From NCBI GenBank assembly GCA_044224315.1, contig JBGAKR010000001.1, forward strand, positions 1,298,733 through 1,362,732: a stretch of 64,000 bases of DNA. The letters run 5' to 3'. This document shows positions 49,301 through 57,851 of this stretch, piece by piece. This DNA is from Bacteroidia bacterium (lineage in GTDB: Bacteria; Bacteroidota; Bacteroidia; NS11-12g; UBA955). The position numbers and the translations under genes are program-made. The notes below the pieces were generated by a model. It saw only the letters and a list, made by a program, of their open reading frames with translations. It was not told the origin of the DNA and made no database searches. How positions within the stretch are numbered: position 1 is the stretch's first letter; the number at the start of each line of letters is the position of its first letter.

Positions 49301-49773
49301 TGGCTGAAGCCTCTTGAGCCGGTAATGGTAAAATTACCCGAAGTGGAGGTGAAAGTACCCCCACTCAAAGCAAAAGTTCCGGTACCGTTGATAGTAATGG
49401 CAGAACTACTGCCTGTGAATGTACCGCTGCTTTGGCTAAACCCGTTTGAACCGGCTGTAATTGTAAATCCATTTTGGCTGATAGTTCCGGTATAGCCAGA
49501 TATTTGAATACCGGCTACATTCACATTGGCATCAATGTCACAGTTGCCATTAAACCCGGATGCGCCATCAAAAATGGCAATATCATTTACTCCCGGTACC
49601 GATGCACCAGAGCCGGTACCCGATGTGGCAGACCAGTTTGCAGTGTTGTTCCAGTTGGTAGATGAAGCACCCACCCAAAAACGGTTGGCTGCATTTATTA
49701 CCAGGGCAAAGGTGCTTAAAAAGAGCACCAGGGTAACCTTTAATAAGGCTTTCATTGTATTGTTGTTTTTCAC
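43348..49773 (-). CDS. giant T9SS cargo protein (2141 aa): ~160-aa N-terminal module repeats, LamG/ConA-like domains, type-A CTD
   Basis: Signal peptide MKALLKVTLVLFLSTFALVINA. Repeated modules GGTFNHNNGTV.INPNQ.GCSQ.TFT.DV....FYNL. Two LamG-like domains with DEVRIW(S/N)(R/K)(A/V)LC. CTD LYPNPANTAVNLVWPEG...GVYLIHVNMNGTVLSSKIIVQH. Confidence 0.85.
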   Translation of the reverse strand: MKNNNTMKALLKVTLVLFLSTFALVINAANRFWVGASSTNWNNTANWSATSGTGSGASVPGVNDIAIFDGASGFNGNCDIDANVNVAGIQISGYTGTISQNGFTITAGSNGFSQSSGTFTGSSSAITINGTGTFALSGGTFTSTSGNFTITGSRGFSQTIFNHSAGTFNHNNGTVNINPNQTGCSQITYTIDVIAGTDFYNLGLNASPSCSVNPAIASGSGDVVNVTNDITHTDGFVTGAFAFQRNLIVGANADGGSGTITANGSGAQTYAYTSGGRTAKLDVNKSAGTLSAAGGTTDFACQGFLLQAGTFTAPSGTLNSGGIFNGNQVLFNHTGGTFNHNNGTVEINATQTGCSQLVFTIDVIPSTVLFGLKLNATPSCSVNPVITTATSDVVTALGALTHTDGLFYGSVEFEGDLIIGSNADGGTGTITATGSNNQTYSVASGSNRTCRFIVNKTGGTFTPFSGTTNLSVQSFSLLAGSFTAPSGSLNTGGFWTSSQNLFTHTGGTFNHNNGTVIINPNQSGCSQLTFTLDVISSTLFYNLQINGTPSCSVNPVITTAGADVAACVHNFTHTDGIINGLFSFQQDLFIDPTSDGGSGTITANGTGFQKYTFTAGAARTCKLVVDKTAGVLSPETGTTNLSTQSFTLNNGMFIAPTGVFNIGGIWNSSVVLFDHAGGVFDHNNGTVTLNPNHQGCTQLTFTLNVLNGTDFFNLIINGTQSCGINPIFVTATGDVVNVVGDLTHTDGTVNGDFELKGNLIVANTSDGGNGTITMNGNTAQTYSFTTGGLRTCKLIVDKSLGAVTPAGGTTDFSTQGFALFNGSFTAPSGTFNIGGSQTSSNNLFNQTGGTFVHNNGNVVLSPTAGCTQFTFTINVINNTRFYNLNLNAPTGCTNSIFANGAGDSLDVLNNLTYTDGISNNLVTAGGNVTVASTFDGGNGKLIFTGSNAQNFDLTGATALFNGSIIVDKAANNVTLLSTCTLDAGASQSISFQNGKMITTSSNLLRVDRTVGVSGGNSNSFVSGPMVRMIANNGVNNNIFFPIGAGSQYRQALLNVTHTSAANFDYTAEVKNISAQTLGLTLPGTVDKVSPVRYWQIDRSATGNLSAASVQLFYGADDGVTDNSNLRLVKGNGGNWDNIGGTGSANGSGSITSSVNFTTFSPFALANANGGTNFPGSALQFDGSGDYVALPTLSLTDFTVEFWVKKNGTGSGAFPRIISTSGDLFEISVIDAAPGVAGQVYAFGSGIPAWSIAYGSNGNMNCNLGSGVWHHMAFTRLGTTLNVYMDGSLVSTHTLNANLTSAAWRLGGRLNGSGEEGNISLDEVRIWSRALCVEEILNNKNCEIATVGSNLVSNYHFNQGIASGSNAGITSLSDATGNGNTGTLNGFTLSGSNSNWIGDAAVSSGISCAAYGPEINVKGNSVSITDGDVTPSAADHTDFGDVNVNTPFTRTYTIENLGVSPITISSIGLSGANPTLFSVGALNPAGPIAASGSATVTVTFLPTSTGSKSAILTINSNDCDEAAYDFTLQGNSVTPGAALNFDGSNDYVTIGSVIPASSSYTKEAWINVRSGAGADMNIVSSNDQPFWIEGGKLTAANSFTSGGARVQQAATFTQGAWTHVAITYDASTSTGTLYVNGTQVASGSMGTNTGGSHQIGAWNSGYTMDGSIDEVRVWNKVLCQAEIQGHMNCELSGTPNGLLAYYKFNQGLASGTNTSVTSLTDNASGSFNGTLTNFALTGSGSNWIAPGGVTTGVSCAPLCDSTSTAATAAGTYTSTQSYTSPSSGFTHYCDCQNKLLLSLKLGGTGAVIPDNGISLKINSTGSNFYANHVGFVGNSFGYAAMDRTWNVSPTTQPSSKVAVRFYFNSSDIASLDNTLTTNGLPGIFNANDLSFWKVINSGKPAHASVPSLNQGDVKVITYSSVATDTSWVLGNRTAGNYYAQFNVTGFSGGGGGAGPLGLTPLPVQLLYLTANGVNNKYIHVGWATASENNAARFDVERSENGKDFVKIGTVAAIGNSSTETRYGYNDLNAKAGILYYYRLKLVDNNNLSETSDMVAARLNLMIPTTLTLYPNPANTAVNLVWPEGLETADVKVISLDGKVLLSKNMNTATDNSISLKEFSNGVYLIHVNMNGTVLSSKIIVQH
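46190..47100. repeat. ~0.9-kb block near-identical to 52835-53745 (inter-paralog gene-conversion tract), copy 1
   Basis: The encoded ~300 aa (FANGAGDSLDV...TNFPGSAL) are identical in both giant proteins. Antisense ORFs 46589-47038 and 53234-53683 (149 aa) differ at one residue. Offset is 6645 bp. Confidence 0.8.
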
Positions 49774-49835
49774 GGTTTTAATTTTTTTTTACTAATTTTT
49801 ATTGTGCCGAAAAATTAGTAAAACCGGCTATAGAC

Positions 49836-49868
49836 ATAAAAAGCGCTTGCATTGCAAGCGCTTTTTAT
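49836..49868. terminator. bidirectional intrinsic terminator after the 2338-aa gene
   Basis: aaaaagcgcttgcattgcaagcgcttttt. Confidence 0.55.
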
Positions 49869-49881
49869 GTGGTTAATTTAA

Positions 49882-52800
49882 TTATCTTTTAATTACCAAA
49901 CGGCTGTTAATTACTGTGCCGTTTACATGCAGACTAACAATGTAAACTCCTTGGCTGAAGCTACTTACATTGATTTTACTACTATTGGCAATATCTACAT
50001 TTTGGTTGTACACTTCCCTACCATCTGCACCGTTAATTACAACTGAAGCAGTTTCTGTACCTTCGGGCCATACAATATTCAATTCTGTATTAGCGGGGTT
50101 TGGATACATTACAATAGTAGTAGGTACTAATTGGTTCAGTTTTGCAGAAACTACATAGGTAATGGTGCTATTGCCACCGGTTTCAACAACTCTTAAACGG
50201 TAGTAGTATTGTTTGTTGGTTTTGGCGTTGACATCCTTAAAGCTATAGGTCAATGGGCTTTCGCTGTTGCCGGCAGCAGTTAGTGTGCCGATCTTTACAA
50301 AGTCTTTGCCGTTTTCGCTGCGTTCCACTTCAAACCAGGCAGTGTTGTGCTCCTGGGCAGTAGCCCATTTTACCTGAATATATTTGTTGTCTACCCCTGT
50401 AGCAGTGAGATATAACAAGTCTATTGGCAATGGAGTAAGGCCTAATGGACCTGCTCCTCCGCCACCACCACTAAAGCCGTTTACAAAAAACTGTGCAAAG
50501 TAGTTTCCACCGCTGCGATCGCCAAGTACCCAGGTTGAGTCTGTAGCTACGGCACTATAGGTAATTACTTTAACATCATACTGGCTAAGAGCTGGTACAG
50601 CAGCATGTGCGGGTTTTGAGCCATTGATTACTTTCCAGAAACTTAAATCGTTGGCATTGAAAATACCAGGCAATCCGTTGGTGGTTAAAGTATTGTCGAG
50701 TGAGGAAATGTCACTGCTGTTGAAATAGAAGCGCACAGGTACTTTGCTGGTGGGCTGGGTGGTTGGTGATACATTCCAGGTGCGGTCCATTGCTGCATAT
50801 CCAAATGTATTGCCTACAAAACCTACATTGTGTGCGTAGAAATTGCTTCCGGTACTGTTGATTTTTAAGCTAATTCCATTATCCGGAATTACAGCGCCTG
50901 TACCCCCCAGTTTTAAGCTTAGTAACAGTTTGTTCTGGCAGTCGCAATAGTGCGTAAATCCGCTGGATGGGCTGGTATAGCTTGTAGTAGAGGTATAAGT
51001 ACCTGCTGCAGTGGCAACAGAATTGGTACTGTCGCACAAGGGGCTGCAACTTACACCTGTAGTTATAGGTCCGGCAGCAACCCAGTTACTGGAGCTACCT
51101 GTAAGGGCAAAGTTTGTGAGGGTACCAGAGTTTCCGTTTCCGCTGGCATCGTTCAGGGTGGTTACACTGGTGTTTGTGCCAGCGGCCAGGCCCTGGTTAA
51201 ACTGGAAGTAAGCGGCCAGGTTCTTTTGAGTGCCGGTTAACTCACAGTTCATATTGTGCTGAATTTCGCTTTGGCACAAAACCCTGCTCCATACGCGCAA
51301 TTCTTCCATTTTACCGTCGAAATTGTTACATACACAAGAGCTGGGCTGCTGTCTGCCAATAGTTACAATACCATTGTCAGGACCCGGACTGGCAACTGGG
51401 CCAAACAGGCCGCTGCTGTGGGTACTTAATACAGCACCATCCAGGTAGAAAACTACTTGCTGTGCATTGGCATCAAAAGTGGTGGCAATGTGGTGCCATG
51501 CTCCGGTTGGAACGCTGCCTGAAGAATAAACCCAACCCATAGAAGGATTGTATAAGCCTAAACCGGTGTTTCCGTTAGGATGGGTTTGGAACAGGTATCT
51601 GTAATCACCTTTATCAATAATGGTGTTGTTTTTATTGTCATCGAGGTAAACCCAGGCTTCGATGGTATAGGTTTTATCCAAATCCATGGTGCCGTTGTCG
51701 GGGATACTTACATAGTCATAAGTAGAAGGGCTGATGTTAGAACCGCCGGGGTTTGTATTTCCCCAACCGTCAAAGTGCAGCACACCAGCTGGGGTTACAC
51801 TGTTGCCTTGTAATGCGAAGTCGTATGCAGCTTCATCACAATCATCACTGTTAATGGTAAGTGTAGCAGTTTTGGTGCCAGTGGTGGTAGGCAGGAAAGT
51901 AACAGTTACAGTAGCAGAGCCACTGGCAGCTATGGGACCGGCTGGATTTAATGCACCCACGCTGAACAGAGTAGGATTGGCACCAGAAAGGCCGATGCTG
52001 GAAATGGTAAGCGGAGAAACACCCAGGTTTTCGATGGTATAAGTGCGGGTAAATGGAGTATTTACGTTCACATCGCCAAAGTCGGTATGGTCTGCAGCAC
52101 TAGGAGTAACATCGCCATCGGTTATGCTCACACTATTGCCTTTTACATTAATTTCTGGGCCATAAACACCACATGATATGCCATTGGCAACTGCACCGGA
52201 AGATACCCAGTTAGAAGTGGTGCCGTTCAGGGCCATGTTATTTAAAGTTCCAGTTCTTGAATTGCCAGAAGCATCGTTTAAAGAAGTTACACCGCTGTTG
52301 TTTCCTTCGCCAATACCTTGGTTAAAGTGATAGTTGGCCAATAAACCACTGGCAGAGGTTGGGATTTCACAACTCATATTGTTCTGAATTTCACCTTGGC
52401 ACAAAACGCGGTTCCAAATACGTACTTCATCAATGGTGGAAGTACTGAAACCTTGTCCGTCGTCAATCCAGCCGCCAATAGTAAGTGCTTTGGATGTGTT
52501 GGTGCTGATCGTACCTGTTAAAGTAGAAGTACCTACCAATACACCATTGATATACATTTTATGGTTGCCCGATGCATAAGTAATGGCGATGTGGTTCCAT
52601 ACACCATTTCCGGCAGCAGCTGTGCTGGTTATTGCAGTAGTGCCATAAGCATAGGGGTTCCAAATAATTTTTGCAGTTGCAGGGTCAGAGCCATTGAGAG
52701 CAATCAGCTGATTGGTGAATACTCCGTTGCTTTGACGGGCCAAAACAGCACCATAGCTGGTGTTGAGGTAGCCAGCATCCTGGGTTCCGGTCCATTTAAC

Positions 52801-55800
52801 CCACATTTCTATTGTACCACTTTGCAGATTATCCAATCCGCCACCAGATGGCACAGAAACATAATCATCACCACCTACAAAATTCAATGCAGAACCGGGG
52901 AAGTTGGTACCACCATTGGCGTTTGCAAGTGCAAATGGGCTAAAGGTTGTAAAGTTAACGCTGGAGGTAATGCTTCCGCTGCCATTGGCAGATCCGGTGC
53001 CACCTATATTGTCCCAGTTTCCGCCATTGCCTTTTACCAGACGCAGGTTGCTGTTGTCGGTAACACCATCATCGGCTCCGTAAAACAATTGCACACTGGC
53101 AGCGCTGAGGTTACCGGTTGCAGAACGGTCGATTTGCCAGTAACGTACAGGCGACACTTTGTCTACAGTACCTGGCAGGGTCAGTCCCAATGTTTGGGCG
53201 CTTATGTTTTTAACTTCGGCGGTATAGTCAAAGTTGGCAGCAGAGGTATGGGTAACATTCAGCAAAGCCTGGCGATATTGGCTGCCGGCCCCTATGGGGA
53301 AGAAAATATTGTTGTTTACACCATTGTTTGCAATCATGCGCACCATGGGTCCGCTTACAAACGAGTTGCTGTTACCACCACTCACACCCACAGTTCTGTC
53401 TACACGGAGCAGATTGGATGAGGTGGTAATCATTTTACCATTTTGGAAAGAAATAGATTGTGAAGCACCGGCATCGAGGGTACAGGTAGAAAGCAGTGTA
53501 ACATTATTAGCCGCTTTATCTACGATAATTGAACCGTTAAACAAGGCAGTAGCGCCGGTCAGGTCAAAGTTTTGGGCATTGCTGCCAGTGAAAATGAGTT
53601 TGCCGTTACCACCATCAAAAGTAGAGGCTACGGTAACATTGCCACCTGCGGTTACAAGGTTGTTGCTGATACCATCGGTATAGGTAAGGTTGTTTATTAC
53701 ATCCAGCGAGTCGCCGGCACCGTTTGCAAAAATGGGGCTAGAGCATCCGGTGGTTCCGTTAAACTGAAAATTATAGAATTGGGTTGAAGGCAATACATCC
53801 ACAGTAAATGTATATTGGGTGCAGGGCAGATTGGGGTTTAGCACCACAGTACCATTGTTGTGGCTGAATGTACCACCCATATGGTTAAACAGAGTTTGAT
53901 TGTTGTTCCAGATTCCGCCAATATTCATATTGCCGGTGGGTGCAGTAAAGGTACCCGATTTAAGGGTAAAAGACTGCATGTTAAAGTTGGTAGTTCCGCC
54001 TGCAGCAGAGAATGTGCCGGATGGTTTATCAACAATAATTTGTATGGTGCGGGCCGAGCCTGCAGCCTGGGAGTATGTTTGAGCGCCGTTACCGTTTGCA
54101 GTAAGTGTACCAGTTCCACCGTCTGAGGTTGCTGCGATAGACAAGTTACCCCAGAAAGTAAAATCACCATTGATAATACCATCGGTATGGGTAAAGTCGC
54201 CAGCCATTTGAATTACATCACCGCTGGCAGTAGTAATAATTGGTGAGGAGCAACCGGTAGTGCCGTTAATTACCATGTTGTAAAACCAGGTTGATGGCAA
54301 TACATCCAGGGTAAAAGTACGCTGGGTGCAAGGCAGGTTGGGATTGATTACCACTGTACCGCCGTTGTTGTCAAATGCACCACCACTATGTAAAAACAGG
54401 GTTTGGTTTGCATCCCATATTCCGCCAATGTTCATATTGCCTGTTGGGGCAATAAACATCCCGTGAATAAGGCTGAAAGTTTGGCAGCTAAGGGCAGTGG
54501 TTCCGGTTTGGGGCGACAATACACCGGAAGGTTTATCAACTATAATTTTGCAGGTACGGGCAGCACCGGCAGCATATACGTATTTTTGGAAACCTGTACC
54601 TTTTGCAGTAATAGTTCCGGTACCACCATCCGAAGTTGAACCAATGGTTAAATCTCCATTAAAATCAACTAAACCATTTAAGATACCATGGGTATGGGTA
54701 AAGTTATTCTGCACATTTACCACATCTCCGCCCGCGGTTGTAATAATGGGGCTAGAGCAACCGGTTGTACCGTTAATAATCATGTTATAGAAAACGGTGG
54801 TTGGCAATACATCCAGCGTATAGGTGTATTGAGTACAAGGCAGGTTTGGGTTAATTTCAACAGTACCGTTGTTATGGGTAAAGGTTCCACCTGCGTGGTT
54901 AAAGAGGGTAGCATTGCTGTTCCAGAAACCACCAATATTCAGGGTGCCACTGGGGGCGGTGTAGCTGCCTGCCTGCAAATCGAATGATTGGCAGAAGAAG
55001 TTCATAGGGCTGCTTGCCGGGGTAAAGGATCCTGAAGGTTTGTTTACCACTATAAAACCTGTGCGCGCTGTGCCGGTTTGTGAATAGGTTTGGTTGCCAC
55101 TGCCATTAATGGTTAATGTTCCATTTCCGCCATCAGCACCAGCCAACAAAATCAGATTGCCTTTGATACTTGCACTTGAATTTAAAATACCATCGGTATG
55201 GGTAAGGTCGTTGGTTACATCCAAAACATCGCCACTGGCATTAACAAATATGGCTGGAGAGCAACCGGTAGTGCCTTGGAAAGCGACATTGTAGAATGAT
55301 GTGGAATTAATTACATCAATGGTAAATGTGCGTTGGGTGCAGGGAAGGTTGGGATTAAAAGTAACAGTTCCGTTATTATGGCTGAAAGTTCCGCCGCTGT
55401 GAGAAAATAAAACAGCATTGGCATCCCAGGTTCCGCCTATATTGAGGTTGCCACTTGGGGCGGTAAAATTACCAGACTGCAAATCAAAAGATTGGCAGAA
55501 AAAATCCATTGGGCTGCTTGCAGGGGTAAAGTTACCTGAAGGTTTGTTTACCACAATTAATCCGGTGCGTGATGTACCGGTTTGAGAGTAGGTTTGATTG
55601 CCGGTGCCATTAATAGTAAGTGTGCCATATCCACCGTCGGCGCCTGCCAAAAGAATCAGATTGCCTTTGATGTTGGCGCTTGAGTTTAAAATACCATCTG
55701 TATGGGTGAGGTTATTGTTTATATCCAGCACATCACCACTGCCATTTACAAAAATAGCAGGCGTACAACCAGTGGTTCCTTGGAAGGTAACACTGTAAAA

Positions 55801-56898
55801 AGCAGTAGTATTTAATACATCAATGGTAAGTGTGCGTTGTGTGCAAGGCAGGTTGGGGTTAAATACCACCGTGCCGTTATTGTGCGAAAAATTGCCACCG
55901 GTATGGTTAAACAAGGTTTGGTTGGCGTCCCAGGTTCCACCAATATTCATATTGCCGGATGGAGCGGTAAAATCGCCGGCTTGTAACACAAACGACTGGC
56001 AGTACAAATCCATGGGGCTGGTTGCGGGGGTAAAGGTTCCGCTTGATTTGTTTACGTTTAATATTGCTGTGCGGCCTGTGCCGGTTTGAGTATAGGTTTG
56101 GCTTCCGGTTCCGTTTATAGTTATTGTGCCATAGCCACCATCTGCACTGGCCCCAACGGCAAAGTTTCCGGTAAGTTCTGCAGTACCGTTAAAAATACCA
56201 TCGTTGTGCGTGAGGGTGTTGGAAACCATCAAAACATCGCCGCTGCCAGTTGCTATAATTTGGGGTGAGCAACCGGTAGTAGTTGTAAGGGTAACATTGT
56301 AAAACTGGGTAGAAGACCCGTTAAGGTCCAGGGTATGCGTAAATTGGGTGCAACCGCTACCGGTATTGAGAAAGAATGTACCGTTATTGTGATTAAAGGT
56401 ACCCGCAGAATGGGTGAATACAGTAGAGCTTGAAACCCGGGTTCCGCTAATGGTAAATGTACCTGAAGTGCTGGTAAATGTGCCACCCGACAAGTTGAAA
56501 ACACCTGTAGTGTTTATTGTAAAGCTCTGGCTGCCACCAGCAAATGTACCTGAGGTTTGGGTATAACCATTGGCACCACAGGTAATTGTGAATGAATTTT
56601 GCGATAATGTACCGCTATATCCATTCATCAAAATACCAGAAACAGAAACGTTCATGTCAATGCTACAGTTGCCATTTAAACCGCCCGTTCCATCAAAGAT
56701 GGCTACGTCGCCGGCTCCTGGAACAGAGGCTCCACTTGCACCGCCCGAGCTGGCCGACCAGTTGCCCGTATTGTTCCAATTAGATGCCCCGGACGAAACC
56801 CAGTAGCGGTTAGCCGAAAAGGCAGGAATAGAAAATGCAATCGCAACAAAGAGGAGTGTTAGGACTGATTTTCTTTTTGAGTTGATTTTTAATCTCAT
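49882..56898 (-). CDS. giant T9SS cargo protein (2338 aa), tandem paralog of the 2141-aa gene
   Basis: Same module architecture. The C-terminal ~450 aa are about 90 percent identical to the neighbour. CTD MYPNPANTELNIVWPEG...GVYIVSLHVNGTVINSRLVIKR. Confidence 0.85.
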   Translation of the reverse strand: MRLKINSKRKSVLTLLFVAIAFSIPAFSANRYWVSSGASNWNNTGNWSASSGGASGASVPGAGDVAIFDGTGGLNGNCSIDMNVSVSGILMNGYSGTLSQNSFTITCGANGYTQTSGTFAGGSQSFTINTTGVFNLSGGTFTSTSGTFTISGTRVSSSTVFTHSAGTFNHNNGTFFLNTGSGCTQFTHTLDLNGSSTQFYNVTLTTTTGCSPQIIATGSGDVLMVSNTLTHNDGIFNGTAELTGNFAVGASADGGYGTITINGTGSQTYTQTGTGRTAILNVNKSSGTFTPATSPMDLYCQSFVLQAGDFTAPSGNMNIGGTWDANQTLFNHTGGNFSHNNGTVVFNPNLPCTQRTLTIDVLNTTAFYSVTFQGTTGCTPAIFVNGSGDVLDINNNLTHTDGILNSSANIKGNLILLAGADGGYGTLTINGTGNQTYSQTGTSRTGLIVVNKPSGNFTPASSPMDFFCQSFDLQSGNFTAPSGNLNIGGTWDANAVLFSHSGGTFSHNNGTVTFNPNLPCTQRTFTIDVINSTSFYNVAFQGTTGCSPAIFVNASGDVLDVTNDLTHTDGILNSSASIKGNLILLAGADGGNGTLTINGSGNQTYSQTGTARTGFIVVNKPSGSFTPASSPMNFFCQSFDLQAGSYTAPSGTLNIGGFWNSNATLFNHAGGTFTHNNGTVEINPNLPCTQYTYTLDVLPTTVFYNMIINGTTGCSSPIITTAGGDVVNVQNNFTHTHGILNGLVDFNGDLTIGSTSDGGTGTITAKGTGFQKYVYAAGAARTCKIIVDKPSGVLSPQTGTTALSCQTFSLIHGMFIAPTGNMNIGGIWDANQTLFLHSGGAFDNNGGTVVINPNLPCTQRTFTLDVLPSTWFYNMVINGTTGCSSPIITTASGDVIQMAGDFTHTDGIINGDFTFWGNLSIAATSDGGTGTLTANGNGAQTYSQAAGSARTIQIIVDKPSGTFSAAGGTTNFNMQSFTLKSGTFTAPTGNMNIGGIWNNNQTLFNHMGGTFSHNNGTVVLNPNLPCTQYTFTVDVLPSTQFYNFQFNGTTGCSSPIFANGAGDSLDVINNLTYTDGISNNLVTAGGNVTVASTFDGGNGKLIFTGSNAQNFDLTGATALFNGSIIVDKAANNVTLLSTCTLDAGASQSISFQNGKMITTSSNLLRVDRTVGVSGGNSNSFVSGPMVRMIANNGVNNNIFFPIGAGSQYRQALLNVTHTSAANFDYTAEVKNISAQTLGLTLPGTVDKVSPVRYWQIDRSATGNLSAASVQLFYGADDGVTDNSNLRLVKGNGGNWDNIGGTGSANGSGSITSSVNFTTFSPFALANANGGTNFPGSALNFVGGDDYVSVPSGGGLDNLQSGTIEMWVKWTGTQDAGYLNTSYGAVLARQSNGVFTNQLIALNGSDPATAKIIWNPYAYGTTAITSTAAAGNGVWNHIAITYASGNHKMYINGVLVGTSTLTGTISTNTSKALTIGGWIDDGQGFSTSTIDEVRIWNRVLCQGEIQNNMSCEIPTSASGLLANYHFNQGIGEGNNSGVTSLNDASGNSRTGTLNNMALNGTTSNWVSSGAVANGISCGVYGPEINVKGNSVSITDGDVTPSAADHTDFGDVNVNTPFTRTYTIENLGVSPLTISSIGLSGANPTLFSVGALNPAGPIAASGSATVTVTFLPTTTGTKTATLTINSDDCDEAAYDFALQGNSVTPAGVLHFDGWGNTNPGGSNISPSTYDYVSIPDNGTMDLDKTYTIEAWVYLDDNKNNTIIDKGDYRYLFQTHPNGNTGLGLYNPSMGWVYSSGSVPTGAWHHIATTFDANAQQVVFYLDGAVLSTHSSGLFGPVASPGPDNGIVTIGRQQPSSCVCNNFDGKMEELRVWSRVLCQSEIQHNMNCELTGTQKNLAAYFQFNQGLAAGTNTSVTTLNDASGNGNSGTLTNFALTGSSSNWVAAGPITTGVSCSPLCDSTNSVATAAGTYTSTTSYTSPSSGFTHYCDCQNKLLLSLKLGGTGAVIPDNGISLKINSTGSNFYAHNVGFVGNTFGYAAMDRTWNVSPTTQPTSKVPVRFYFNSSDISSLDNTLTTNGLPGIFNANDLSFWKVINGSKPAHAAVPALSQYDVKVITYSAVATDSTWVLGDRSGGNYFAQFFVNGFSGGGGGAGPLGLTPLPIDLLYLTATGVDNKYIQVKWATAQEHNTAWFEVERSENGKDFVKIGTLTAAGNSESPLTYSFKDVNAKTNKQYYYRLRVVETGGNSTITYVVSAKLNQLVPTTIVMYPNPANTELNIVWPEGTETASVVINGADGREVYNQNVDIANSSKINVSSFSQGVYIVSLHVNGTVINSRLVIKR
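52835..53745. repeat. ~0.9-kb near-identical block, copy 2 (see 46190-47100)
   Basis: Same evidence as copy 1. Confidence 0.8.
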
Positions 56899-57851
56899 AT
56901 TGCTTTGGTGGTTTGATTTTTTCGAAATTTTTTGTCCGTTTTGATAATATTTAATTTAGTAAACCATTAGTGTTTACAAGGCTTTTGCGAGCCTTAACGC
57001 TGTTGTTTTTTTTGATTTTAGTGACAATTTAGTTTTCAATACGGTATGCAAATAAAGGTTATCCACATTTTATTTCCAATTTCCAGGATTTGAAGCCTGC
57101 AAAGTGAACATGTACATAGATTTGTAGGTCAAATAGAGTGTGAATAACCGTCAATATTGAGTTTCCGAAGGATGATGTTCGTTAATAAAATCACCAGATT
57201 GAAAAAAATGAATTTACGTATGAAGGTTATGACTTTACAAAAACCCTTAAAAAATTAACGAAAAAATTAAATGAAAAATTAACCGATAAAACCGATTAAA
57301 ATAGTGATTAATAAATTAAAAATACATGTATATGTCTTTAAACCATATTTTTGTATATTACAGCTTCTTAAAAAAATGTGATTTTTTTTATCAATAATCT
57401 TATTGCTAGAATATTTGTTCGAACAATTGGATTTTCACCCTTTCCCAACCAAATTGGCTTTCGTATACTTAAACCCGCACTCGGTGAGTTTTGTGTTTTG
57501 CCCATAAATTATCACCTTAAGTAAACAACAATAGGACGTGATTTAGGATCAGAAATCCTTACTGTACCTCAAAAAACAAAGGCAATTTCTCCAACAAAAG
57601 GATCCAAACTGCTTAATTTAGTATGCCCAAACTGCCTTGTGGTAAAGTATAATGGATAAAATCCCTCTTTGTCCCATCCGGATATTCGGGTTTAAAATTT
57701 TTAATTTCAAGTTAAAACGTCCTTTTATTAATCAAAAATTAATATTCATTAATTTTATTTTAATAATCATGAGTCTAAATATGCAACTAATAAGTTTTCA
57801 CAGGGTATTATTTTGCCCCTGATTTGCATAGAATAGGGTCGGTTTGTGAAA

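Noticed and set aside
44416-56268. Numerous plus-strand ORFs of 60-286 aa inside the giant genes (for example 46237-46776, 46589-47038, 52561-53421, 53234-53683)
   Set aside because: They are antisense to long, well-supported minus-strand T9SS cargo genes. Their duplication simply mirrors the duplicated DNA block.
57000-57850. Possible hidden gene or ncRNA in the 950-bp AT-rich gap upstream of the 2338-aa gene
   Set aside because: No ORF over 40 aa with sensible composition and no convincing structured element. It is most likely a long promoter/leader region, though this could be checked with RNA-seq.
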